Virus record (IMG/VR): IMGVR_UViG_2778261666_000010
Reading direction: 5' to 3' (one strand)
DNA from: a virus
Lineage: Duplodnaviria > Heunggongvirae > Uroviricota > Caudoviricetes
DNA length: 24,201 bases
The translations under genes were made by a program, and so were the position numbers. Numbering within the stretch: position 1 is the stretch's first letter; every line of letters begins with the position of its first letter. The notes under the pieces were generated by a model. It searched no databases, was not told the origin of the DNA, and saw nothing but the letters and a program-made list of their open reading frames with translations. Positions 15,581 through 23,208 of this stretch are shown here, piece after piece.

Positions 15581-18335
15581 TCCCACGGGTCAGGCCACCC
15601 CGCAGCAGGTCTGCTTTGCGGTGGGCGCGTTCAGTGGTTTCACTGATTCTCTGTGCGTGCTCTGCGTCACGGATGGCGCGCAGCATGTCAGAAAGCACGG
15701 TAACGGGTGTCTTCATGGTGTTCTGGTCTTGCTGAAGTGTGGATGCCAGGCGTGCGGCGGCTTCGGGGTCTGATGCCCCTAGCTGTTCCAGATAGCTGGC
15801 GACCGGGTTATGGCGGATCTCCGTGCTGCTTACGCCGTGATTACGGCTCAGGCGCTGCCAGAGCTGCGTGATTCGGCTGTCCGGTCGGGTATCTGGTTTG
15901 CGTACAATTTCAAATCCCTGCGGTGCAATGATGCTGCCGTCAACGTACAGACTGCCGCCCCGTAACAGGTGCAGCATCTGTTGTTCACCGATATGCAGGC
16001 CGAGAGATTCGGCAGACTCCCGCCATTCTTTAGCGAGTAACTCGTGGTTATCAGGCAAAGGTCGCGGCTGTTTGCGGCTCTGTGTCCAGTTCTGCATTTC
16101 ATCGCTGCTGTTTTTTGCCTGTTTGTCACGAAGCGAACGCATCAGCGCCCGGCGTTCGTGCCGTTTCAGTGAGCGCATCCATTCATTTACTTCAACGCCG
16201 TCAGGAAGCTGCGGCCACGGTGCTGGCCGTTCTTCCGGCTGTTCTGTTCCGTTGTTGTTCGTTTCCTGTACACGGGGACAGTTATTGCCACGAGTCCAAG
16301 GGGCGGCAGGGCCGCCCTGAAGGTCAAAACCATTTTCGCGGGCGCTGTCTTCCGCTTCCGGTTTACGCCTTACCAGCTTCCAGTTATCCGGGTGCGTGCA
16401 CACGCGGGAAGACTCCCCGATGAGCGGCGACCAGATCCCGTAAATCTGTACACTCTGCTCGCCGTAATCGTTCAGTTCATCTGCGAGGTCGTAGGCGGTG
16501 CGAATCAGGTAGTCTTTACGTGGAACAAGTACGCCGCCCTGTTTTTCAATGTAGGAGGCAAAACACCCGGCATCGGCGGCAGCGAGTACCGCATCCATTG
16601 CGTCATCCTTCAGCCGTTGCGGGCCTTCCGGGTTGCGTGCCATCTGGCTGGCAAGGCGGCGCAGTTCACGCCACACCTGACGGGAGGGGATGCCAAAGAA
16701 CTGGAACTGGCGGACCCGATGAAGGCGCGCCCAGCCGATGGCGCGCTCCACGCTCTCGGCCATTGATTTTCCGGTTTCGTGGTCAACGCGTGGTTTGCCC
16801 GTTTTCGGGTCGATTCCATCCACGGCGCGGCTGTCCAGGTTTTTTCCGATGTAGGTGGCGATGTAGCTGGTTGGCGTGCCTTTGGAGCCGTCGACGTACT
16901 CCACCTTAAAGCGCGGAGTAATATCATTGCCCAGCTCGTGGCGGTCTTCCTGAATGGCAATATCGCGGGTGATGGCCACGATGCTGTCGATTTCTTCTGG
17001 ATGAGCAAAGACCATCATATGCCAGTGCACGGTGCCGTCATGGTGAGGCTCCACCGTGCGGATGCCATACCAGCGCAGGCCGTCGCGGTTCAGTTTCTTG
17101 CGGACCGCCGCAAAAAACGTGTTAACCAGGTAATCGCTGGAGTCGCGCATGGTGGCCCCGTTCCATTTGGGATTCGGATGACCGTTCTCTGTTGTGGCGT
17201 GGTATTTTGACGGGCAGGTGACAGTCAGAAACACCGCTTTGTCGCCACGGGCTTCGGCTAGAAGTTCCAGCCCCTTCATGGTGGCCATCATTTCTGCCTT
17301 ACGGTGAACCGGGTTACTTACTCCCGCGTAATACACTGTCTCAAGATCAATCGTGAAGCCGTCTTCGTTTTCCAGTTCGAAGCTCTTCAGGAAGTCGCGG
17401 GTTTTCTCGCGCTGTGCGCGAAACTCGCTTAACGCGTCCTGGCTCAGATAGGGTGATGTTTTTCTGGAAACCAGACAGGCGGCACGGAGCTGTTCTTCCC
17501 GCCACTCGCAACGTAAAAGCCACAGTTTGTGTTTCCACCATTCCGCACAGGTCAGGCGAAGGATGGCACCCGGCAGCAGCTCCGTATTCAGTGCGTTCTT
17601 CCGGTCTTTGTCCGTTCTCAGTGCTTCGTAATGCGGCGGCATGGTGTGCAGATGTAACGCCATGCGGGCCAGCATCTGATACGCCTTCAGCGCAATTTTC
17701 ATGGTCAGCTCGCCATCGGTCGCGCCAAAGTTATCGCAGAGTGTTTCGAAAGTGCTGCTGAACATCGCCGCCGTCATGGTGGCCAGCGTCTGTATCTGGT
17801 GTTTGTTGAGCTGCGGCAGGTAAAGCAAATCGTCCAGGCGTTCGCGTCCGGCAAGGGAGCAATAACACGGTGTCAGCCAGCGTCCGTCAGTGCGATCCAG
17901 ACGTTCGAATATTTTGCGCAGGGTTCCGCGTGCATAGCGTTCCGCCTGCCAGCTCTTTTTGCCTTTCCGGCGATCGGCTTCCTGTTTTTTGCGCAGGAAG
18001 GAGAGGTGGCGAATAAGCGGATCGCGCAGATAGGACGGCAGCAGGCGGAGCGAGGCCATGGCTTCATCCACCGCGCCGCGTGCCTGTTTTCTGGCGTCTC
18101 CTGTCAGTGTGATGGTTTTGTCCTGTTTTTCCTGTGCGTCCAGGCTTTTATTAATCAGGTTGCCCAGCGGCGTGGCGGAGAACGCCGCATCAGCCATTTC
18201 CTGGCGGCGCTCGTTCTCTGCCCGGTAGGCATCCAGCCAGGAGGAAAGCGCGGATTCAGGAGCGGGGATCCCCGTTCCTTCACGCCCCACTGCGTGGCGC
18301 GGTTGTTGCCAGTCCCTGATGTACTCTGCCGTCAT
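15513..18335 (-). CDS. A: Replication initiation endonuclease (P2 gpA-like, rolling-circle HUH family)
   Basis: 940 aa, ATG 18335; metal-binding motif EPHHDGTVHWHMMVF and downstream tyrosine region (...TSYIATYIGKN...). Longer than the ~761 aa I recall for P2 A. Confidence 0.85.
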   Translation of the reverse strand: MTAEYIRDWQQPRHAVGREGTGIPAPESALSSWLDAYRAENERRQEMADAAFSATPLGNLINKSLDAQEKQDKTITLTGDARKQARGAVDEAMASLRLLPSYLRDPLIRHLSFLRKKQEADRRKGKKSWQAERYARGTLRKIFERLDRTDGRWLTPCYCSLAGRERLDDLLYLPQLNKHQIQTLATMTAAMFSSTFETLCDNFGATDGELTMKIALKAYQMLARMALHLHTMPPHYEALRTDKDRKNALNTELLPGAILRLTCAEWWKHKLWLLRCEWREEQLRAACLVSRKTSPYLSQDALSEFRAQREKTRDFLKSFELENEDGFTIDLETVYYAGVSNPVHRKAEMMATMKGLELLAEARGDKAVFLTVTCPSKYHATTENGHPNPKWNGATMRDSSDYLVNTFFAAVRKKLNRDGLRWYGIRTVEPHHDGTVHWHMMVFAHPEEIDSIVAITRDIAIQEDRHELGNDITPRFKVEYVDGSKGTPTSYIATYIGKNLDSRAVDGIDPKTGKPRVDHETGKSMAESVERAIGWARLHRVRQFQFFGIPSRQVWRELRRLASQMARNPEGPQRLKDDAMDAVLAAADAGCFASYIEKQGGVLVPRKDYLIRTAYDLADELNDYGEQSVQIYGIWSPLIGESSRVCTHPDNWKLVRRKPEAEDSARENGFDLQGGPAAPWTRGNNCPRVQETNNNGTEQPEERPAPWPQLPDGVEVNEWMRSLKRHERRALMRSLRDKQAKNSSDEMQNWTQSRKQPRPLPDNHELLAKEWRESAESLGLHIGEQQMLHLLRGGSLYVDGSIIAPQGFEIVRKPDTRPDSRITQLWQRLSRNHGVSSTEIRHNPVASYLEQLGASDPEAAARLASTLQQDQNTMKTPVTVLSDMLRAIRDAEHAQRISETTERAHRKADLLRGGLTRGNKKQTETGFTNPVNEQKKRREI

Positions 18336-18341
18336 AGTGAT

Positions 18342-18707
18342 TTACTTCGTCATGCCATTCAGGGTGTCGCGGCAGACGGCAGCCAGCCGCTGAATTTCCA
18401 GCACGGTGTCTTCTGTGTCGGCATGGCGATGTGTGATGCGGATGCTGTCGGCAATCACATCGACGATTGCAGAGGATGGGCGCTGGTAAATGCCAATAAC
18501 GGACGGGGTGCCGCCTTCAATGCGGTAAAGCCTGTAATTTCCCTCGTGGCTGTCAATCATGTAGCGACCATCAATAACAATCTTTCCGTCAGCGAGCTGC
18601 GGTACAGGCAGGGATTTCAGGTACATGTCATAACGTTCACGCACGCGAACGGCAAGATCACGCTCTGTGTTGAGCAGGTATTCAAGAAAGTCGTTGGCGA
18701 GAATCAT
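18342..18707 (-). CDS. Hypothetical early protein (121 aa)
   Basis: ATG 18707 with AGAGGA upstream; ends 7 nt before gene A; position of the small P2 orfs preceding A. Confidence 0.55.
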   Translation of the reverse strand: MILANDFLEYLLNTERDLAVRVRERYDMYLKSLPVPQLADGKIVIDGRYMIDSHEGNYRLYRIEGGTPSVIGIYQRPSSAIVDVIADSIRITHRHADTEDTVLEIQRLAAVCRDTLNGMTK

Positions 18708-18779
18708 TGCGGCAATCCTCTTGTTACAGATGTGCGAAGGCCTCCCGCCGCAAGGTGCAGGAAAGGCCCGGAACAGGAA

Positions 18780-19010
18780 TTAATGGAGTTTGTTTTGCTG
18801 CTCGATGAGCTGCTGAAGCTCGCGCAGATCATCCGCCAGATAGCTAAATACTGCGGCGGAGTAGGCGTTTGACAGCACGTGGCTGTGCTCATGTGACATG
18901 TTGATGAACATGATACGAGCGACGCGTGATGCGCGGTAAAGTCTGCGGTTGATTTCAGTCTGGATGTGACGACGCGCAGCGTATGCGCGCTGTTGTTTGC
19001 GGTTTGCCAT
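18780..19010 (-). CDS. Hypothetical early protein (76 aa)
   Basis: ATG 19010 with AGAGG upstream; first gene after the 320-bp structured non-coding region. Confidence 0.5.
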   Translation of the reverse strand: MANRKQQRAYAARRHIQTEINRRLYRASRVARIMFINMSHEHSHVLSNAYSAAVFSYLADDLRELQQLIEQQNKLH

Positions 19011-19188
19011 GGTGTGGCCTCTTTGCTAGTAAGTTTTAAAAACTCACCATCCAGAGGTGGAAAACTCGGGGTGGTGAGACGTACAGGGTTTCCACAACCG
19101 GCTAGCAAAGAACCCGGCCCGACCGAAGTCGGCCCCATACGCCCCACCATAATTCGTGTGCGAAAAAGACGTGGCGATACGGTACGCA

Positions 19189-19210
19189 CAAAAAAACCGC
19201 TGGCGCGGTT
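19189..19210 (-). terminator. Candidate intrinsic terminator (minus strand) inside the early region
   Basis: Minus-strand RNA would read AACCGC-GCCA-GCGGUU followed by UUUUUU; short GC stem, moderate strength. Confidence 0.4.
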
Positions 19211-19330
19211 GTGCGCTTTGCTAGTCAGCGGGGTGGAAATCCCGGCACCCGTTTTATGAGGTGCAGCGGAAATGTAACCTGACTGATTGCGGCATGGCAA
19301 GCGGTTTTTTTGTGTGTGCATGATGATTAC

Positions 19331-19882
19331 TCAGTTTGGTAATAGCTCGTACAGCACGGCGTCGGCGGCGGTTCGGCGGTTGTAAAGCCACCATACTGTG
19401 CTGTATGCCACCTGTATCCCTGTGATTTTGTGTATATGTCTGCTTATTTCCCTGAATGGCATGCCGTGCCCATCACGCAATTCAGTTACCAGATGAACAA
19501 TATGATCGTCGTATTTAGCAGCATGATGTATGCCTCCACACTTCATTGCGCTGTAACCACGATCGCGGAGTATTTTTTGTATGGTGCATTTGCTACATTT
19601 CATTTCCCGCGCCATATCCCTCTTACTTTTTCGGTGGCGGTTGCTGATTATTTCTGCTATTGCCTTTTCATCCAGCCGCTGGCGTTTCCGCCCAATCAGC
19701 CCTCGCTTGCGCAAGGTGATAAGGCGCTGCCCCGTTGCATGAAATGAGCGATTAAGTCTGGATGTCATTTCCCTGATGCTGTGTTTCGGGTACATGCTTA
19801 TCAGCAACGCATCTTCCTGTTTCGTCCATTGTTTAACGTGTCTTGGTGCCCGACCGGGGATGCCCATGGGTTTGAGTTTCAT
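19331..19882 (-). CDS. Putative DNA-binding protein with two HTH-like segments (183 aa)
   Basis: ATG 19882; segments KQWTKQEDALLISMY... and ...RDMAREMKCSKCTIQKILRDRG... look like helix-turn-helix/homeodomain-like modules; no transposase catalytic motif seen. Confidence 0.55.
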   Translation of the reverse strand: MKLKPMGIPGRAPRHVKQWTKQEDALLISMYPKHSIREMTSRLNRSFHATGQRLITLRKRGLIGRKRQRLDEKAIAEIISNRHRKSKRDMAREMKCSKCTIQKILRDRGYSAMKCGGIHHAAKYDDHIVHLVTELRDGHGMPFREISRHIHKITGIQVAYSTVWWLYNRRTAADAVLYELLPN

Positions 19883-20099
19883 TGTGATTTGCTCCCCTAC
19901 TGGTTAAGGAAAAAAAATCAAAAACGTTATTGATGCGTTGTGATAACTCGCGCTGTATTGCTTCCAGTGTTTCCGGTTCGCCAGGCGACCCCAGCGTTGC
20001 GCAGAAATCAGCGATCTCGCGTTGAATGAGTTCTTTCAGCGTCGGTAAGGAATTCATGTGTGTGCGGCGATGCCTGCGTGTGATTCGCCTTCTGCTCAT
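19833..20099 (-). CDS. Hypothetical protein (88 aa; start uncertain)
   Basis: ATG 20099 overlaps the upstream stop (ATGA); an alternative ATG is at 20057; the 3' end overlaps the 183-aa gene by ~50 nt. Confidence 0.4.
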   Translation of the reverse strand: MSRRRITRRHRRTHMNSLPTLKELIQREIADFCATLGSPGEPETLEAIQRELSQRINNVFDFFSLTSRGANHNETQTHGHPRSGTKTR

Positions 20100-20299
20100 T
20101 TACGATGCTCCTGTACCTGTCGGATAAGGTTTACCCGCGCCACATTAGTGGCGCAGAAGTAAGTGCCGTCAGTGAGGTAGATGTGGTGTGCATCCTTTTC
20201 CGAACGATGTTTGTCGATAGTGGTAATCAGGCGTTCATCGACCTCGTATTCGCGCCCTCTGGAGGTAAAGCGAACGACGGGAAAATGCTTAATTGCCAT
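20096..20299 (-). CDS. Hypothetical protein (67 aa)
   Basis: Track start 20320 is TTG; ATG 20299 (MAIKHFPVVRF...) has AAGGGGG upstream. Confidence 0.5.
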   Translation of the reverse strand: MAIKHFPVVRFTSRGREYEVDERLITTIDKHRSEKDAHHIYLTDGTYFCATNVARVNLIRQVQEHRK

Positions 20300-20322
20300 T
20301 GCGCCCCCTTTGTCCAGCAACC

Positions 20323-20739
20323 CTATGCGTTAAATACGGCACGTTGCGCGTCATCAATGAATACAGCTTGAGAGCGTTCTATCAGGCGGAGATTCGTCAG
20401 AAGCTCTGACTCTTTTGTGTGGTAAGGCGTTATCAGGTATTTGCCGTGCAGTTCGGAAATAATGGTGTATCGCATCATCATTGCCGAACCAAGAATGTAA
20501 ATGCTGCGTCCAATGATGGACGGATTCATGGCTGCAACTGTTGACTGTGTTTTAAGAGTGTCGATTTCTTTGCTCTGTTCCTCAATGATTTTAGCTGCGT
20601 CAGCGGTGATTTTTGCAATGGTCAGTGCGTGAAGTGCTGCCATGTGTTGGCTATGCTTCATGGCATCTTTAGCCATTTGGTCTTCCGCTTCAGATATTTT
20701 TTTTAATGTGTCGATGATGCCTTCTTCTTTTGCGTTCAT
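20323..20739 (-). CDS. Hypothetical protein (138 aa), helical N-terminus
   Basis: Start moved to ATG 20739 (MNAKEEGIIDTLKK...) with GGAG upstream; the track's N-terminal extension is arginine-rich and lacks an SD. Confidence 0.5.
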   Translation of the reverse strand: MNAKEEGIIDTLKKISEAEDQMAKDAMKHSQHMAALHALTIAKITADAAKIIEEQSKEIDTLKTQSTVAAMNPSIIGRSIYILGSAMMMRYTIISELHGKYLITPYHTKESELLTNLRLIERSQAVFIDDAQRAVFNA

Positions 20740-20831
20740 TTTATATCTCCGTTGTTTACGTGTGCGAATACCTCCGCGCATGCGGATGGTTTTCACGTTT
20801 TCTTATTTAATCCGGTGTTTTGTTTGTGCTG

Positions 20832-20945
20832 TTATTCACCAGTGAAAAAACGTTCAATCTTTTTTACTGAATGAATAATTCGCATAATCCCAATGGCACA
20901 GGCCACCGAAATAATCAGAACAAACCATGAGATAAATATACTCAT
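20832..20945 (-). CDS. Small single-pass membrane peptide (37 aa); absent from the ORF track
   Basis: Minus-strand ATG 20945 overlaps the upstream gene stop (ATGA) and has GGGGAA upstream; translation MSIFISWFVLIISVACAIGIMRIIHSVKKIERFFTGE is a hydrophobic helix followed by a basic tail. Confidence 0.4.
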   Translation of the reverse strand: MSIFISWFVLIISVACAIGIMRIIHSVKKIERFFTGE

Positions 20946-21184
20946 GCGATATTCCCCAGCTTATACGGTTCAATATGTTCCCCGCATTCTGCGGCACAGA
21001 TCAGCTCGGAAAGCTCGTTAAGTGCATCCAGATCATCAGCGTAAAAAGCCACGTCATACAGACTCCGGATTGCTCTGGTTAATGAGTCACGGGCTGCACG
21101 TTCAGCATGAGCGCCTGATGCACTTAAGCGAAAATAAAAACGCTCAAGTGCTTTGTTAATGAGAGTTTTATATTCTTTGCCCAT
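20942..21184 (-). CDS. Hypothetical protein (80 aa)
   Basis: Track start 21187 is GTG; the adjacent ATG 21184 is used (MGKEYKTLINKALERF...). Confidence 0.5.
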   Translation of the reverse strand: MGKEYKTLINKALERFYFRLSASGAHAERAARDSLTRAIRSLYDVAFYADDLDALNELSELICAAECGEHIEPYKLGNIA

Positions 21185-21195
21185 CACAACGCCCT

Positions 21196-21474
21196 TTAAT
21201 CTGCTTTCTGAATTTCAGCTTCTGAATCCATACAAATAATTTCGATATAGGGTTCATCGCCATTAACCTGACGTGCCTTTTCAGCTTCGCTAATGATTTC
21301 GCGTACGGTCTGGTACGGAAGTTCCACAAACAATCGCGTGCCGTTCAGATAAAGGTAAGTGGCCACATCTTTTTCTGCCGGGACTACAGCATCAATAGCT
21401 GATGCGCGTAACAACAACTCACCGCGAAAATCAATAAAGCGGATAAATACACCTTGTGCATGGTCTTTAGTCAT
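21196..21474 (-). CDS. Hypothetical protein (92 aa)
   Basis: Start moved to ATG 21474 (MTKDHAQGVFIRFIDFRG...) with AGGTG upstream, just after the upstream stop. Confidence 0.5.
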   Translation of the reverse strand: MTKDHAQGVFIRFIDFRGELLLRASAIDAVVPAEKDVATYLYLNGTRLFVELPYQTVREIISEAEKARQVNGDEPYIEIICMDSEAEIQKAD

Positions 21475-21484
21475 AAAGCACCTG

Positions 21485-21943
21485 TTATAAATCAGCTTGT
21501 TTAATAAAACTTTGCCCACGAAGCAGACGATCAACTGTGCGAAGTGCTTCGTATAATGTGAAATCCTGCCCGAACTGATTGTCGCCGCAGTTCAATGCAA
21601 AAATGCGGTTTCCGGTAAATGGATTGCGTGGGCATCTGTGAACTACGATTCCAGCTTTTTCAATCAGCCAAGTGTGTTCGCCAATTTGTTTTACTGTATG
21701 GCCATCTGGCGTTGCGTGCGTCTCGCTTAGGCTGTAGCGAGAGTTGCTACGTGATGCACTGGTAGTGAAGCGGTTAGCGTGGCGTTCTGCGCCGTTGCGG
21801 AAGCGCTGTTGTGAAGAATTGCGCTGTTGCTTCATGTCAAAAACTCCGTACCTGTTTACTTCCCCGGCATAACGCCCATTTTCAAAATAATTGCGGCGAA
21901 ATCCCATGTTATTGGGTTCGCTGTTTCGCTGTTGCTTATTCAT
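21485..21943 (-). CDS. Hypothetical protein (152 aa), low-complexity N-terminus
   Basis: Track start 21970 is TTG; ATG 21943 (MNKQQRNSEPNN...) has an SD-like TAGAGG upstream; N/Q/R/S-rich first half, structured-looking C-terminal half. Confidence 0.5.
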   Translation of the reverse strand: MNKQQRNSEPNNMGFRRNYFENGRYAGEVNRYGVFDMKQQRNSSQQRFRNGAERHANRFTTSASRSNSRYSLSETHATPDGHTVKQIGEHTWLIEKAGIVVHRCPRNPFTGNRIFALNCGDNQFGQDFTLYEALRTVDRLLRGQSFIKQADL

Positions 21944-21954
21944 TTTTTGTGCCT

Positions 21955-22296
21955 CTACCCGATAAGCCAAATAACAAACGCTATGAGCACCGCGCCAATA
22001 GTGGTCGGGAAAAGACCTCTGGTATAGGCGGCGAGGTAATGAACGTTGAGAACAATAAAGCGCTCTTTTTGTCCTGTTAGCTTGTTAAGCAGATAAATCG
22101 CTATTACACCCACTTCCAGGAATACAAGGTTCAGAATGGCGCTGATGATATTGCTGGTTATTTTTGTGTGTTTAGTTGCCTTCGCTGCTTTTGAGTCGCT
22201 CCAGCTTTGAACTTCTGCCTGTATAAACTCGCTTACCGTTAATGGTCTGGCAGTCTTCTTTATTAGCTGGAAAGAACTTTCTTTTCTGGCGGTCAT
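21955..22296 (-). CDS. Possible overprinted two-helix membrane protein (low confidence)
   Basis: Alternative frame overlapping the 3' end of the Cox-like gene; the C-terminal 70 aa are strongly hydrophobic (ITSNIISAILNLVFLEVGVIAIYLL... LFPTTIGAVLIAFVIWLIG); the only in-frame ATG is at 22296, with a weak SD. Confidence 0.25.
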   Translation of the reverse strand: MTARKESSFQLIKKTARPLTVSEFIQAEVQSWSDSKAAKATKHTKITSNIISAILNLVFLEVGVIAIYLLNKLTGQKERFIVLNVHYLAAYTRGLFPTTIGAVLIAFVIWLIG

Positions 22297-22693
22297 ACGT
22301 CCAGTAACTTTTCCAGTTGTGCCATTCTGGTGGCTCAAGTTCCGGTAGCTCGTCAGCCAGTGCGTCCCACTCTTTGGCGTTAAACCACCATACTCCGTCT
22401 GAGTTTTCATCTTCCGGGTTTGTGCGCGTCTTGTGTCCCGGCATTTGACCGCGATGAATGGCTACGCGCAGTGCAGATTTTGTTAGCCCAATATATGCCG
22501 CGCCTTTTTCCAGAGAGCAAAGCCCGGCGATCGGACCATCCAGCCGTAAAGTCGCTCCTTTTTTGTAGGAACGCTTTTTCTTGTTTTCTTCGTGTTCGTC
22601 GTCGTTGGCGGCATCAATGGATCCGCTGAGTGCGTCACTTTCCTGAAGTGGTTGGTGGTCAGATAACTCTTTATCGGCAATGAAGTCCCGCAT
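22172..22693 (-). CDS. Cox/Apl/Cro-position HTH regulator, first gene of the early operon (173 aa)
   Basis: ATG 22693 with AAGAGGA upstream; divergent from the repressor; acidic N-terminus then an HTH-like segment (AAYIGLTKSALRVAIHRGQMPG) and a Trp-rich region. Much longer than P2 Cox (91 aa from memory). Confidence 0.6.
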   Translation of the reverse strand: MRDFIADKELSDHQPLQESDALSGSIDAANDDEHEENKKKRSYKKGATLRLDGPIAGLCSLEKGAAYIGLTKSALRVAIHRGQMPGHKTRTNPEDENSDGVWWFNAKEWDALADELPELEPPEWHNWKSYWTYDRQKRKFFPANKEDCQTINGKRVYTGRSSKLERLKSSEGN

Positions 22694-22752
22694 TTGTTAT
22701 CCTCTTGCGTTGGTGCGCTTGTCGCGCCTTGTGATGGTTTGTTTTGGCTTGT

Positions 22753-22808
22753 AAAGATAATCAAACGGTTATCTTTGTGCGAGAGGTTAATACTCAAATG
22801 GTTATCTT
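22753..22808. promoter_or_regulatory. Candidate operator elements of the immunity switch
   Basis: Perfect inverted repeat AAAGATAA-N8-TTATCTTT (22753-22776), plus a 9-bp direct repeat GGTTATCTT at 22767 and 22800 (33 bp apart), the second overlapping the repressor start codon. Confidence 0.45.
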
Positions 22809-23139
22809 GTCAATAGACTATGCAAAAAAGTTACGTCAGATACGTAAGGCGGAAGGGTTAACACAAAAGCAGTTTGCGGATATTACTGGGTTGTCTTTGG
22901 CAACCATAAGGAATTACGAATCGGGGCAAAAGAACGCTAGAGCAAAAATCGTTGAGGCGGTTCTGCAAGTCGATCGCTTTGAAAAATACATGCTGTGGCT
23001 AATAAAAGATAAGACGCTACCTGTCGCCGGGCAGATTGCTCCGGCTCTCTCTCTTGATGGATCTATTCAGTCGGAGGGCGATCAGGTTTCAATCGGTATT
23101 ACCCAAAAATCACCCCGATCAGGCCGCAATGTTGGCTGA
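22798..23139 (+). CDS. Immunity repressor (P2 C / lambda CI-type, HTH_XRE)
   Basis: Start placed at ATG 22798 (MVILSIDYAKKLRQIRKAEGLTQKQFADITGLSLATIRNYESGQ...), a classic XRE HTH; upstream of and co-oriented with int, as in P2 C-int. The track's earlier start 22744 remains possible. Confidence 0.7.
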   Translation: MVILSIDYAKKLRQIRKAEGLTQKQFADITGLSLATIRNYESGQKNARAKIVEAVLQVDRFEKYMLWLIKDKTLPVAGQIAPALSLDGSIQSEGDQVSIGITQKSPRSGRNVG

Positions 23140-23208
23140 CTCTACACATTGAGCGAATTACATATCGCAAGGAGTGTTTAGTTAATTTATCCGTTGGAGG
23201 GGCTAATC

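Noticed and set aside
17799-18872. 357-aa plus-strand ORF antisense to replication gene A and the 121-aa gene
   Set aside because: Antisense to well-supported genes, with off-frame-like composition and no SD.
18704-19321. 205-aa minus-strand ORF spanning the 76-aa gene and the non-coding gap
   Set aside because: Ser/Thr/Cys-rich translation, no start context, and it overlaps a better-supported gene in another frame; treated as non-coding.
19011-19330. tRNA gene or attachment site within the non-coding insert
   Set aside because: No cloverleaf-compatible segment with a T-loop (GTTC-like) motif was found; P2-type attachment sites normally lie next to int, which is at the window end.
19331-19882. 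IS element transposase, suggested by a multi-HTH protein next to repeated motifs
   Set aside because: No DDE or serine recombinase catalytic motif, no terminal inverted repeats bracketing the gene, and no target-site duplication identified.
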